Assembly (NCBI GenBank): GCA_029858565.1 | Contig: JAOUEV010000018.1 | Location: forward strand, 1 to 54,185 | Reading direction: 5' to 3' | DNA length: 54,185 nt | Source of the DNA: Nitrospirota bacterium | GTDB taxonomy: Bacteria; Nitrospirota; UBA9217 | Part shown: piece by piece, positions 19,446-29,006 of the stretch | Layout: each line of letters begins with the position of its first letter | Position numbering within the stretch: position 1 is the stretch's first letter | The notes under the pieces: model-generated | Told to the model about the DNA's origin: nothing | The model's input: only the letters and a program-made list of their open reading frames with translations | Databases searched by the model: none | Position numbers and translations under genes: made by a program

Positions 19446-20024
19446 ATGGAACGAAGAAAAGGCGGCATGTTAGTACTATTCACTGTGGTGATGACAGCAT
19501 CGCTCGTGCTGTGGGGTTGTCCGAAAAAAGCAGAGGTTGCGTCGTCGCAGGAGGCCCAGGCGAACGGGCAGGCAGGTACCATCGCGCAGGCGGAAGCGGT
19601 GAAGCAGGCCGAGGAGCAGCAGGCTGCCGAACATGCGAAGCAGGCGGAAGAGGAACAGGCGCGTGAGCGTGCCGCAAAAGAGGCGGATGGACTCAAACCC
19701 GTCCACTTTGATTTCGACCGTGCGATCATCCGTGATGACGCCAGGATCATATTAAAGGCGAACGCGGAATGGCTCCGCTCGCATCCGCAAGCGGTGATAC
19801 GTATCGAGGGGAATTGCGATGAACGGGGCACGATCGAATATAATCAGGCACTGGGGCAGCGCAGGGCTCTGAGCGCAAAGAAATACCTCGTTGATATGGG
19901 CGTGGCGGCGAAACGCATATCTCTCCTGAGCTATGGCAAGGAAAAGCCGATATGCACCGAAAGTATCGAAGACTGCTGGCAGAATAACCGTCGTGGAGAT
20001 TTTGTCGTGACCGCCGGGCAGTAA
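19446..20024 (+). CDS. pal: peptidoglycan-associated lipoprotein (OmpA-like)
   Basis: Lipobox LWGC; HFDFD, IEGNCDERGTIEYNQALGQRRA, SYGKEKP and NRR motifs. Confidence 0.9.
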   Translation: MERRKGGMLVLFTVVMTASLVLWGCPKKAEVASSQEAQANGQAGTIAQAEAVKQAEEQQAAEHAKQAEEEQARERAAKEADGLKPVHFDFDRAIIRDDARIILKANAEWLRSHPQAVIRIEGNCDERGTIEYNQALGQRRALSAKKYLVDMGVAAKRISLLSYGKEKPICTESIEDCWQNNRRGDFVVTAGQ

Positions 20025-20037
20025 TCCCTCCCTCCAC

Positions 20038-20091
20038 GGGAACGGAGCGCATGCGGTCATCTGAAAGCTGCTTCGCGCTCCGTTCCCTTTT
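20038..20091 (+). terminator. intrinsic terminator
   Basis: 13-bp stem GGGAACGGAGCGC/GCGCTCCGTTCCC followed by TTTT. Confidence 0.7.
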
Positions 20092-20157
20092 ACTCCCCGT
20101 CATATGTCCGCATCCTGCATGTGCTATATTAAATCATTATGAAAGGAGGATTCAGCC

Positions 20158-20523
20158 ATGGGACCGATCAACTGGGAAGGGATAAAAAAGGATATCCGGA
20201 AAGGCATCAAAGAAGGCTACATTGCGATGAAAGAAGGCGCACTGGTGGCCAGCAAGAAAGCCGGAGAGCTTACGGAGGAGGGGAAGAAGCAGTATAAGAT
20301 CCTCGAACTGAAGACAAAGATCCACAAGATCATGCATGACCTTGGCGGCAGGGTGTACGAGCTCATGGGATCGTCCAGCCGGGTAAAAAGTCCGGTCAGC
20401 GACAGGGTGGTGAAGGAAATGGTCGCGCAGATACGGGGCTATGAAGCACAGATCGCCGCACTTGAACAGCAGGGCGCGAAGAAGACCGGCAAAGCATCGG
20501 TGCGGAAGAACAGAAGACCCTGA
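20158..20523 (+). CDS. hypothetical coiled-coil protein
   Basis: aaggagga RBS; charged helical 121-aa ORF. Confidence 0.8.
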   Translation: MGPINWEGIKKDIRKGIKEGYIAMKEGALVASKKAGELTEEGKKQYKILELKTKIHKIMHDLGGRVYELMGSSSRVKSPVSDRVVKEMVAQIRGYEAQIAALEQQGAKKTGKASVRKNRRP

Positions 20524-20682
20524 CCCTGCGCTCCGGAAAAACAACTATGTGATATACAGTCGCAGGCGTCCTGATCGTGTACCGGCCCCGCAAGCAGATG
20601 CGGGAAAAGGACCAGGATCCGCCGGTTGTGAAAAGGGATCGTGGATCCTGACCCGGACGATGGAAAGGATCGGTGAACGATA

Positions 20683-21711
20683 GTGGATAAACTGGCTGTC
20701 CCGACAGGAATGGTCCTGCTGTGCATCGCTGTGATGCTCATCGTCAGAGCGGCGCTTCTCAGGTTTCTTCAGGCGTGGGCGCGAAAGACAGAAACAAAGA
20801 TCGACGATATTTTCATTTCGTCGCTGCGGTTCCCCTCGCTCTTCTGGGCTGTCGCTCTCGCCATTACTATCGGGATCGCCCTTTCCGATCTGCCGGAAAA
20901 ATACTCACTTACCATAACAAGGACGATCCAGTTGCTGGTCGTCCTGTCCGTAACGATCGCCGCCGCAAATCTTGCGGGGAGGCTTTTCAGCAATTACATC
21001 CATAGCCGGCATCTGCCCTTTCCCACCACCGGGCTCGCGTACGGCATCATCAAGGGGGTCATCTACCTCATTGGTTTTCTGATCATGCTCACGACGCTGG
21101 GCATTTCCATTGCGCCGCTGCTCACGGCACTCGGCGTCGGCGGTCTGGCCGTGGCCCTGGCTCTCCAGGACACGCTGACGAACCTGTTCGCGGGAATCCA
21201 TATACTGGTGGAAAAGTCCGTCCGGGTCGGCGACTTCGTGCGGCTGGAGACCGGACAGGAAGGCTATGTGGAAGACATTACCTGGAGGACCACACGGGTG
21301 CGGATGCTGCCGAACAATATGGTAGTCATTCCGAACAGCAAACTATCGCAGAGCACTGTTACGAACTATTACCTTCCGGAGAAACGGATGTCGCTGCTCA
21401 TCCCCATATCGGTTGCCTATGGTTCGGACCCGGACAGGATCGAACGCGTTCTCATCGAGGAAGCAAAGGATGGAGCAGCGAACACCCCCGGACTGCTCGC
21501 CGATCCTGAACCCTTTGTACGCTTTATCCCCGGATTCGGTGAAAGTTCCCTGGATTTCACGCTCATTTGTCAGGTGGCCGAGTTCACGGACCAGTACCTG
21601 GCGCAGCATATATTGCGAAAGCGGATCTACCAAAGGTTCCTGGCGGAAGGCATTGAGATACCCTTCCCGCAGCGCACCGTGCACCTGCGCGAGGAAAGGA
21701 GCGCCGGATAA
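20683..21711 (+). CDS. mscS: small-conductance mechanosensitive channel
   Basis: LGVGGLAVALALQDTLTNLFAG, VGDFV, IPNSKL, GFGESSLDF and IEIPFPQR motifs. Confidence 0.92.
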   Translation: MDKLAVPTGMVLLCIAVMLIVRAALLRFLQAWARKTETKIDDIFISSLRFPSLFWAVALAITIGIALSDLPEKYSLTITRTIQLLVVLSVTIAAANLAGRLFSNYIHSRHLPFPTTGLAYGIIKGVIYLIGFLIMLTTLGISIAPLLTALGVGGLAVALALQDTLTNLFAGIHILVEKSVRVGDFVRLETGQEGYVEDITWRTTRVRMLPNNMVVIPNSKLSQSTVTNYYLPEKRMSLLIPISVAYGSDPDRIERVLIEEAKDGAANTPGLLADPEPFVRFIPGFGESSLDFTLICQVAEFTDQYLAQHILRKRIYQRFLAEGIEIPFPQRTVHLREERSAG

Positions 21712-22379
21712 TGGCGAAGATCTTCGAATTCAAACAGTGCGTCATCATTCTCAAGTCCACCGGGAAAAAGGCGAAGAACCTGCGCGAACTGAAGGATGTC
21801 CTTTCCAGCGTGAGCGAGGGCGCTATCACGCATCATACCTACCAATATTTCCTCAAGGGGCATGTTCTGGAATACACCAATGACTTTGCGCACTGGGCCG
21901 GAGAAGGCATCGAGGAACGGGCCCTGGCTGAACGGCTGTCGAACATCGATCCCTATGACTACCCGTCGATCCAGGAACTTCGCAGCGATCTGATCAGCGC
22001 CATCGACGACCATCTGGCGACGTTTCCCGAACCCCGTGACGCAATGCGCGGAGATGAGTTTCACTTCAATGAGACCGTTGCCCTGGTGTTCCCCGCGGGC
22101 GTCCGGGCCAGGAACCTCGCGGAATTTCTCATGGCAATGAAGTATCTGGAGGGAAGTTCCCTGTACTATCACTTCTATGACGCCCGCGTGCGTCTCGGCA
22201 ACAAGGCCGACGACTTTTCGCAGTGGCTGGAAGAAGGCATGGAAAAACCGGAGGTCGCTCGAAAGGTACGGTCAATAGATCCATTCATGCACAACCTGGA
22301 GTCGATACGGGAGCGCATCGTCGAGGCGGTGGAGGAAGAAGTAAAACGGGATATGGAGAGCGCGGGGGTGGCGCAATGA
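21711..22379 (+). CDS. DUF5752 family (OrfY-like, TreT-associated) protein
   Basis: Internal duplication (GKKAKNLREL...HH...NDFAHW and GVRARNLAEF...YH...DDFSQW); translationally coupled to treT. Confidence 0.75.
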   Translation: MAKIFEFKQCVIILKSTGKKAKNLRELKDVLSSVSEGAITHHTYQYFLKGHVLEYTNDFAHWAGEGIEERALAERLSNIDPYDYPSIQELRSDLISAIDDHLATFPEPRDAMRGDEFHFNETVALVFPAGVRARNLAEFLMAMKYLEGSSLYYHFYDARVRLGNKADDFSQWLEEGMEKPEVARKVRSIDPFMHNLESIRERIVEAVEEEVKRDMESAGVAQ

Positions 22380-23587
22380 TCGAGGCTTATAGGAATATTG
22401 CGCCCAAGGGCGACCTGATGCTTCTGGCGAAGCTCGGAGAAGCGCTCCGCGGAAGATCGTTCCTGCATGTCAACTCCACGCGCGAGGGCGGAGGGGTCGC
22501 GGAGATCCTGCACCGCATGATCCCGATCCTTCAGGAACTGGGCATCAACACCCGGTGGGAGGTCATTGAGGGCGACGCGCGCTTCTTCGATATCACCAAA
22601 AAGATCCATAACGCCCTGCAGGGGAACGAAGAGACGATCACCGAACAGATGTGGGCGTACCACAGCGAGGTGAACCAGCGGAACGCCGACAAACTGGACC
22701 TGGAGGCGGACGCGGTCCTGATCCACGACCCCCAGCCCGCGGCGCTGATCAATTACAGAAAAGGCGGCATCTGGATGTGGCGGTGCCATATCGATGCGTC
22801 CGGTCCCCAGATGGCCGTGTGGAACGCGCTGAAGCGGCACTGCGAGAAGTACGATGCCGCGGTGTTCTCGGTGGCCAAGTTCGCCCGCGCCATGCCGGTC
22901 GAGGAATTCATCATCCCGCCGTCCATCGATCCGGTGAGCGACAAAAACCGCGATCTCACTCCCGCCGAGATAGATGACGCGGCGAGCAGGTTCGGGATCC
23001 CCCGTGACCGTCCGATGCTGCTTCAGGTGTCCCGTTTCGACCGGTTCAAGGATCCCATAGGCGTGATCAAGGCCTACCGCATGGTGAAAAAGTATAACGA
23101 CTGCGTTCTCGTGCTTGCCGGAAGTCCCGCATCCGACGATCCCGAAGGCGAAGCGGTCCTGAACGAAGTGAAGGAATATGCGAGCGGGGACAAGGACATC
23201 ATTATCCTGCTCCTGCCGGCTTTCAGCGACCGGGACATCAACGCGCTTCAGCGAATGGCCACAGTGGTGCTCCAGAAGTCCCTCAAGGAAGGGTTCGGGT
23301 TGACCGTTTCCGAAGCCATGTGGAAGGAAAAGCCCGTACTCGGCGGCGCCGTGGGAGGCATCCCGCTCCAGATCGTGCACGGAGTGAACGGTTTTCTGGT
23401 CCATGCTACCGAGGGAGCGGCCTTCCGCATCCGGCAGCTGCTCACGAATCCCGCGATGGCAAAGCGGATGGGTGAACGGGGCAAGGAGTATGTTCGCACG
23501 AATTTCCTCATCACGCGCCAGGCGCGGGACTATCTTTCCATCTGGTACGCTCTGGAACACAATGGGAAGAAGGTGCTGGAACTATGA
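22376..23587 (+). CDS. treT: trehalose glycosyltransferring synthase (GT4)
   Basis: HVNSTREGGGVAEIL, HNALQG, IHDPQP, WRCHID, QVSRFDRFKDP and QKSLKEGFGLTVSEAMWK motifs. Confidence 0.88.
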   Translation: MIEAYRNIAPKGDLMLLAKLGEALRGRSFLHVNSTREGGGVAEILHRMIPILQELGINTRWEVIEGDARFFDITKKIHNALQGNEETITEQMWAYHSEVNQRNADKLDLEADAVLIHDPQPAALINYRKGGIWMWRCHIDASGPQMAVWNALKRHCEKYDAAVFSVAKFARAMPVEEFIIPPSIDPVSDKNRDLTPAEIDDAASRFGIPRDRPMLLQVSRFDRFKDPIGVIKAYRMVKKYNDCVLVLAGSPASDDPEGEAVLNEVKEYASGDKDIIILLLPAFSDRDINALQRMATVVLQKSLKEGFGLTVSEAMWKEKPVLGGAVGGIPLQIVHGVNGFLVHATEGAAFRIRQLLTNPAMAKRMGERGKEYVRTNFLITRQARDYLSIWYALEHNGKKVLEL

Positions 23588-25884
23588 GCGGACCGGAAGG
23601 GCCGATTCCCAGGGACGACGGCTCAAAGAGGATGCGGATCATCGTTGTTTCGAACCGGGAACCCTATGTTCACCGCAAGATCGCCCAGAGTGTGAAGGTA
23701 GATCGGCCCGTGGGCGGGCTTACCGCGGCCCTGGATGATGTTCTGCGCGCAGCGGGCGGGACCTGGATCGCCTGGGGCAGCGGCAGCGCTGACCGGACTG
23801 TTGTGGACGATCGGAGCCGGGTGGCGGTGCCGCCGGAGCAGCCGGCCTACCAGCTGAAGCGCCTTTGGCTTTCCAGCCACGAGGTCGAGCATTATTACCA
23901 CGGATATTCCAATCAGGTGCTCTGGCCGCTCTGCCACATCACGCTTGACCGCATTTCGTACCGTAAAAAGCACTGGGACGACTATTGTCGGGTGAACCGG
24001 GCCTTTGCCGACGCAGTGATCGAGGAGACCGATGGTTCGTCCCTGGTGTGGTTCCAGGACTATCATTTGTGTCTTGCCCCCCGCATGGTGCGTGAGCGTG
24101 ACCCGCGGGTCACCATGGCGCACTTCTGGCACATCCCCTGGCCGGACTGGAGCGTGTTCCGCATCTGTCCCCAGGCCAGGGAGCTGCTGGAATCGCTCCT
24201 GGCGAACGATCTCGTTGGGTTCCAGACCCCGCTCTTCGCCCGCAACTTTATGGATTGCGTGCGCGAGAGCCTTGACGCTGACATCGATCCCGGACGCAAG
24301 ACCGTTACTTACCAGGGGCGGACAACGCATATTCGCTCTTTTCCGATCAGCGTCGACTACCGAAAGTTCGATGCCATGGCATCATCGCAGCGCGCGAGCC
24401 GGATGGTCCGGACGCTCCGGGAGCGGTACGGGCTCAAGGATGTTCTCGTGGGGATCGGCGTGGACCGGCTGGAATACACCAAAGCGCTTGTCAAGCGTTT
24501 TGAGGCGATAGGACTGTTCTTCGAACGCTCTGCCCGGTATCGCGGCAAGTTCACCTTTATCCAGATCGCGGTACCCACGAGGATGAAGGAACCCTACCTG
24601 AGCTATAAGAAGATCGTGGAGGCGATGATCCGGAAGATCAACAGGAAGTACGGACATGGCGCGTGGAAACCGGTCATTTATATTTCCACCAAGATGGACC
24701 ATGAGGACCTGGCGGCCTATTACCGTCTGGCCGACCTTGCGATCATCAGTTCTGTGAATGACGGAATGAACCTCGTGGCGAAGGAGTATGTGGCGTCGCA
24801 GACAGACGGGAACGGCGTGCTTCTGCTGAGCGAGCTCGCCGGCGCAGCAGAGGAACTGGAGGGCAGTCTCCTGGTCAATCCCTATAATATCGAAGCCTTT
24901 TCCGACAGCATCCGCGAGGCCCTTGCCATGCCGTTGGATGAGAAAGAAGCACGGATGAAGTCGCTCCGTAAACAGGTGGGTGAGCACGATATCCACGCGT
25001 GGGTCACCAGCGTGCTCGACGCCGCCCGGTCGCTCGATGACATCAAACGACGCGAGAGCCGTCCGTTGTTCGAGTTCGCCGATGAGGTGCAGATGCGTCT
25101 GGGGAACAGGGAGCTGTTCCTCTTTCTTGACTTTGACGGCACCCTTGCGCCGATCGCCGACTCTCCGGACCGGGTCGTTTTTTCTTCGCCCATGCGTTCT
25201 TCCCTGGAACGGGTGCTGGGTTCGGCGCAGCTTGCCGTGGTGAGCGGCCGCGCGCTCGATGACCTCCGGCATCGGATCGGGATCGAAGGCATCGTGTACG
25301 CGGGGAATCACGGCTCCGAGGTCCTGCTGGACGGGTCGGTCCTTCGTGCGGAAGGCGTGGACCGCTCGGCCGGCATGCTGCGGGTGCTTCTGGCCGGTCT
25401 GCGGGACGCGCTCTCGACGGTCCCGGGCGTGCTGATCGAGGACAAGGGCATCACCGCCAGCGTCCATTTCCGCCTGGTCGATCCGTCGCTTGTCGGCGAG
25501 GTGCTCAGGATATTCTGGGACCTTGCGAGGGGATACGAATCATCATTTCGCATCACCACCGGCAAGAAGGTGCTGGAGATCAGGCCGCGCGCTGCGTGGG
25601 ACAAGGGGCAGGCGGTCGGCCGCATCATGGAATTGAAAGGCCGTTCATTGATGCCGATCTATGTGGGCGACGACACCACCGATGAGGACGCCTTTCGCGC
25701 GATCCGGGGCTGCGGGATATCGATCTCGATCGGACCGAATGCGGAGGCTGACTATTTCCTGCGCGATCAGGAGGAGGTGGGCCGGTTCCTGGATTGGCTT
25801 GCACAGGTACTATCGCTTCGACAGGGACAGGGTCAGGCTCCGGTCGCGGCCGATCCCTTGGCACGGGATGTCGTTGATGCCTGA
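23584..25884 (+). CDS. otsAB: bifunctional trehalose-6-phosphate synthase/phosphatase (fused OtsA-OtsB)
   Basis: VSNREP, QDYHL, HIPWP, GVDRLEYTK, DGMNLVAKE; C-terminal HAD domain with LDFDGTLAPI and GDDTTDEDAF. Confidence 0.92.
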   Translation: MSGPEGPIPRDDGSKRMRIIVVSNREPYVHRKIAQSVKVDRPVGGLTAALDDVLRAAGGTWIAWGSGSADRTVVDDRSRVAVPPEQPAYQLKRLWLSSHEVEHYYHGYSNQVLWPLCHITLDRISYRKKHWDDYCRVNRAFADAVIEETDGSSLVWFQDYHLCLAPRMVRERDPRVTMAHFWHIPWPDWSVFRICPQARELLESLLANDLVGFQTPLFARNFMDCVRESLDADIDPGRKTVTYQGRTTHIRSFPISVDYRKFDAMASSQRASRMVRTLRERYGLKDVLVGIGVDRLEYTKALVKRFEAIGLFFERSARYRGKFTFIQIAVPTRMKEPYLSYKKIVEAMIRKINRKYGHGAWKPVIYISTKMDHEDLAAYYRLADLAIISSVNDGMNLVAKEYVASQTDGNGVLLLSELAGAAEELEGSLLVNPYNIEAFSDSIREALAMPLDEKEARMKSLRKQVGEHDIHAWVTSVLDAARSLDDIKRRESRPLFEFADEVQMRLGNRELFLFLDFDGTLAPIADSPDRVVFSSPMRSSLERVLGSAQLAVVSGRALDDLRHRIGIEGIVYAGNHGSEVLLDGSVLRAEGVDRSAGMLRVLLAGLRDALSTVPGVLIEDKGITASVHFRLVDPSLVGEVLRIFWDLARGYESSFRITTGKKVLEIRPRAAWDKGQAVGRIMELKGRSLMPIYVGDDTTDEDAFRAIRGCGISISIGPNAEADYFLRDQEEVGRFLDWLAQVLSLRQGQGQAPVAADPLARDVVDA

Positions 25885-26038
25885 TCGCATTTCGTCATCA
25901 GTCGAGGTGTTCGGATGCCGGACCATGAGCGCGTGAAGATTGAAGTGAGCAGTTCCGGGGAGATTCATTCCGCTATGATCGTCATCGTATGCTTGGCCGT
26001 CCTCGCGGCGGATTATGTCATGGCGACAAGGGTAGGGT

Positions 26039-27538
26039 ATGCATTATTTCAGATCTGCAGCCATGCTTATGGTGTTCCTGGCGTTTCTTCCAGCGATTAC
26101 CGTTGCCCAAAGCAGCTACGCGCCGCGCGGGCTTTACGATGTCGAGCGGATCAGGCTTGACAACGGGTTTCAGGTATTGCTGAAGAAGCGCAGCGAGACG
26201 CGCAATATGGCGTTCCGTCTTGTTGTAGGCGTGGGAACAAGACATTTTGACTGCAGCCGCCGGGAGACGCCGCATCTGCTCGAACACCTGCTGTTCAGCG
26301 GGACCACGGCACACACAGAGGCGGAACTTGAGCACCTGGTCGCGGACCTGGGGGGCTCCTGGAACGCGGTCACGGGAACGGAGCACACGACCTATCTGCT
26401 CGATATCTTCGACCAATACGCATTGCAGGGGCTCGATGTGCTCCATGAGATCGTGACGGACACTGTCATCACCCCGGAAAAGATCAGCCAGTCGAAGGGC
26501 ATCGTTTACCGCGAAGAAGGAGGGAGGCCAGGTCGCTTCCGCCGCCTGCTCTACGACCTCGGTGTCAGCAAGGGCGCCTGGAGCAAGGCGAACGAGTGGC
26601 TTCTGCCCGGGGACGGAGCGATCTGCGCCGGGCTCGTGAACATGGAGTCCATAGCCGAAGACGATATCCTGAACACCTATCATACGGCGTATGTGCCGGA
26701 AAACATGACGCTGATAGCGGTGGGTAATTTCAACAGGCGCAAGCTGCTTGAGCGGATCAACGCGACCTTCGGCAGCCTTGCTCTTCGGGAGAAACCGTCC
26801 CCGAGCGTGGCTACTCCGCCGCAGCCTTCGGCATATCCAGCAGAGGTTTCGAGCACCCTTTCGCCCTTCCTTGGCAGCAACGGCAGCATGAGCATCGCTT
26901 TCCGGACAGAAGGCCGATATCATCCCGATGCCGCAGCGCTGATCGTGCTGAGCACCTATTTGAGCGCGAAGTTCTACGAACAGGTTCGCGTCAATGCCGG
27001 CCTGTCCTATGCACCCGAGGCGGTGATGTTCTTCCAGCCTGATTACGGGATACTCTATGCGACCGCCGATGTCAGCGCACGGAACAGTGCTCGGGTGCAA
27101 GAGCTCATGCTTGCCATCGTCGAAAGGATCCGGCGTGAGAAGATCTCCCCGGACGAGGTGGAGCGGACCAAGAGAAAGATCCTGCTTCAGTGGGCGCAGG
27201 CCTATGAGACGAACGCGGGCATGGCGTCGCTCTACTCCGAGATGCTCGCCCGGGCCGGCCATGGGGATGGATTGCGCAAAGGTGACCGGTCGGATCGTCT
27301 GCACCTCTACGAGAACGAGATCGAATCAGTTTCCGCCGCAGACCTTGACCGCGTCATCTCACGGTACCTTTTGCCGGAGCGCCGCATCGATATACGAAGC
27401 ATGCCGACCATGAGCTACAGCGAGTTCTTTACATTCATCGGCGGCATCTCCCTTCTCATCGCGCTGTTCGCCGCCTATCGGTGGCGAAAGGCGGGTAAAC
27501 GAAGAAAAAGCATGCTGCCGGTCTATCTCAGGAAATGA
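26039..27538 (+). CDS. M16 family (pitrilysin-like) zinc peptidase, exported and C-terminally membrane-anchored
   Basis: HLLEH (HxxEH), NAVT, R...GLSY motifs; signal peptide; C-terminal TM plus basic tail. Confidence 0.85.
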   Translation: MHYFRSAAMLMVFLAFLPAITVAQSSYAPRGLYDVERIRLDNGFQVLLKKRSETRNMAFRLVVGVGTRHFDCSRRETPHLLEHLLFSGTTAHTEAELEHLVADLGGSWNAVTGTEHTTYLLDIFDQYALQGLDVLHEIVTDTVITPEKISQSKGIVYREEGGRPGRFRRLLYDLGVSKGAWSKANEWLLPGDGAICAGLVNMESIAEDDILNTYHTAYVPENMTLIAVGNFNRRKLLERINATFGSLALREKPSPSVATPPQPSAYPAEVSSTLSPFLGSNGSMSIAFRTEGRYHPDAAALIVLSTYLSAKFYEQVRVNAGLSYAPEAVMFFQPDYGILYATADVSARNSARVQELMLAIVERIRREKISPDEVERTKRKILLQWAQAYETNAGMASLYSEMLARAGHGDGLRKGDRSDRLHLYENEIESVSAADLDRVISRYLLPERRIDIRSMPTMSYSEFFTFIGGISLLIALFAAYRWRKAGKRRKSMLPVYLRK

Positions 27539-27598
27539 TGGTGCCTGCGCGGTGCTTTTGCATGAGAACAGGAAAGAAGTGTTCCGAATGGAGACATT

Positions 27599-28942
27599 GT
27601 GAGCGACCGGACAAGCAGTTTGTTGACAGCTTCGTATCGAGCAGCTCTGCAGGCAGTGGAGCCCGCAGATGCTGTACGGCGATCACTGCGGCGGACGGGT
27701 TCCCGGATCGACTGCGGAGGGCGTGAGTTCGATCTCGATGCCTATGACCGCGTCATGGTCATCGGAGCGGGAAAAGCATCATCAGCAATGGGCAGAGCTG
27801 TTGAAGAAATGCTTGATGATCATATTACGAATGGTATCCTGATCATCAAGGATGGCGGCGCAGAGGTCCTGCGGAAGCTTGTTCAGCATGAAGCGGCTCA
27901 TCCGGTCCCTGATGCACGGGGTCAGGCAGCCACGGCTGAGATTCTCGAACTTCTGCGTCAGGCCGACAGCCGGACCCTGGTCCTTTGTCTGCTGTCGGGC
28001 GGCGGATCAGCCCTCCTTGTCGCGCCGGCGGCGGGGATAACGCTTGGTGATAAACAAGTCGTTACGGACCAACTGCTTCGCGCCGGAGCGGATATCGGTG
28101 AGCTGAACGCGGTGCGAAAGCATCTGTCCGCTGTCAAGGGCGGCGGACTCGCACAGGTCGCCTGCGCATCGACCATGCTGACGCTCCTTGTTTCCGATGT
28201 GCTTGGCGACCGTCTTGATGTGATCGCTTCCGGCCCGACGGTCCCTGACGGTTCCACATACGGCTACGCATGGGAAGTCCTGGAGAAATACGGATTGAAC
28301 GGTGTTATCCCCGGCCGGGTGAGGAACCATCTGCTGCGGGGCAAAGCAGGTCTTGTGCCGGAGACGCTGAAGCCCGGAGACCCCTGCCTGGAGAACAAAC
28401 GGTCGGTCGTCATTGCGGGGCTCGGCCAGGCGATCGCGGCCGCAAAGAGCAGTGCGGAAGGGCTTGGGTGCGCCGCCGAGGTCGTGACCGCGGAACTAAG
28501 GGGCGAAGCGCGCGTTGCCGCGTGTTTTCTCGCTCAACGCGCCCTGCAGGTGAAGAGAACCCTCCGGCCGGGCGAAAGACGGTGTCTCCTCTCGGGCGGA
28601 GAGACCACCGTGACGGTCACAGGGCAGGGAAAAGGCGGCAGGAATCAGGAACTGGCCCTGGCTTTTGCTCTGGAGATCGCTGGAACGGCAGGGGTCACGC
28701 TCCTGTCCGCAGGGACCGATGGAACAGACGGCCCGACCGACGCGACCGGCGCCATCGTCGACGGAACTACCGTGCCGCTGGCAAGCGCGCGGGAGATCGA
28801 TGCCAGAGCGTATCTTGAACGGAACGACTCGTACAGATTCTTTGAGCGCTATGATTCTTTTGGCCGGGGAAGCACGCATATCAAGACCGGACCGACAGGC
28901 ACAAATGTCATGGATGTCCAGATCATGCTTGTTGAAGGATGA
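27599..28942 (+). CDS. glycerate kinase, MOFRL (type II) family
   Basis: GAGKAS, AAHPVPD, LSGGGSAL, SGGETTV, GGRNQE, GTDGTDG and TGTNVMD motifs. Confidence 0.92.
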   Translation: MSDRTSSLLTASYRAALQAVEPADAVRRSLRRTGSRIDCGGREFDLDAYDRVMVIGAGKASSAMGRAVEEMLDDHITNGILIIKDGGAEVLRKLVQHEAAHPVPDARGQAATAEILELLRQADSRTLVLCLLSGGGSALLVAPAAGITLGDKQVVTDQLLRAGADIGELNAVRKHLSAVKGGGLAQVACASTMLTLLVSDVLGDRLDVIASGPTVPDGSTYGYAWEVLEKYGLNGVIPGRVRNHLLRGKAGLVPETLKPGDPCLENKRSVVIAGLGQAIAAAKSSAEGLGCAAEVVTAELRGEARVAACFLAQRALQVKRTLRPGERRCLLSGGETTVTVTGQGKGGRNQELALAFALEIAGTAGVTLLSAGTDGTDGPTDATGAIVDGTTVPLASAREIDARAYLERNDSYRFFERYDSFGRGSTHIKTGPTGTNVMDVQIMLVEG

Positions 28943-29006
28943 AAGAACGGTTTGGCGCGACGGACCGGCGAAATTACGCTATAGTTAAGCAGGGAACCCA
29001 TTGCCT

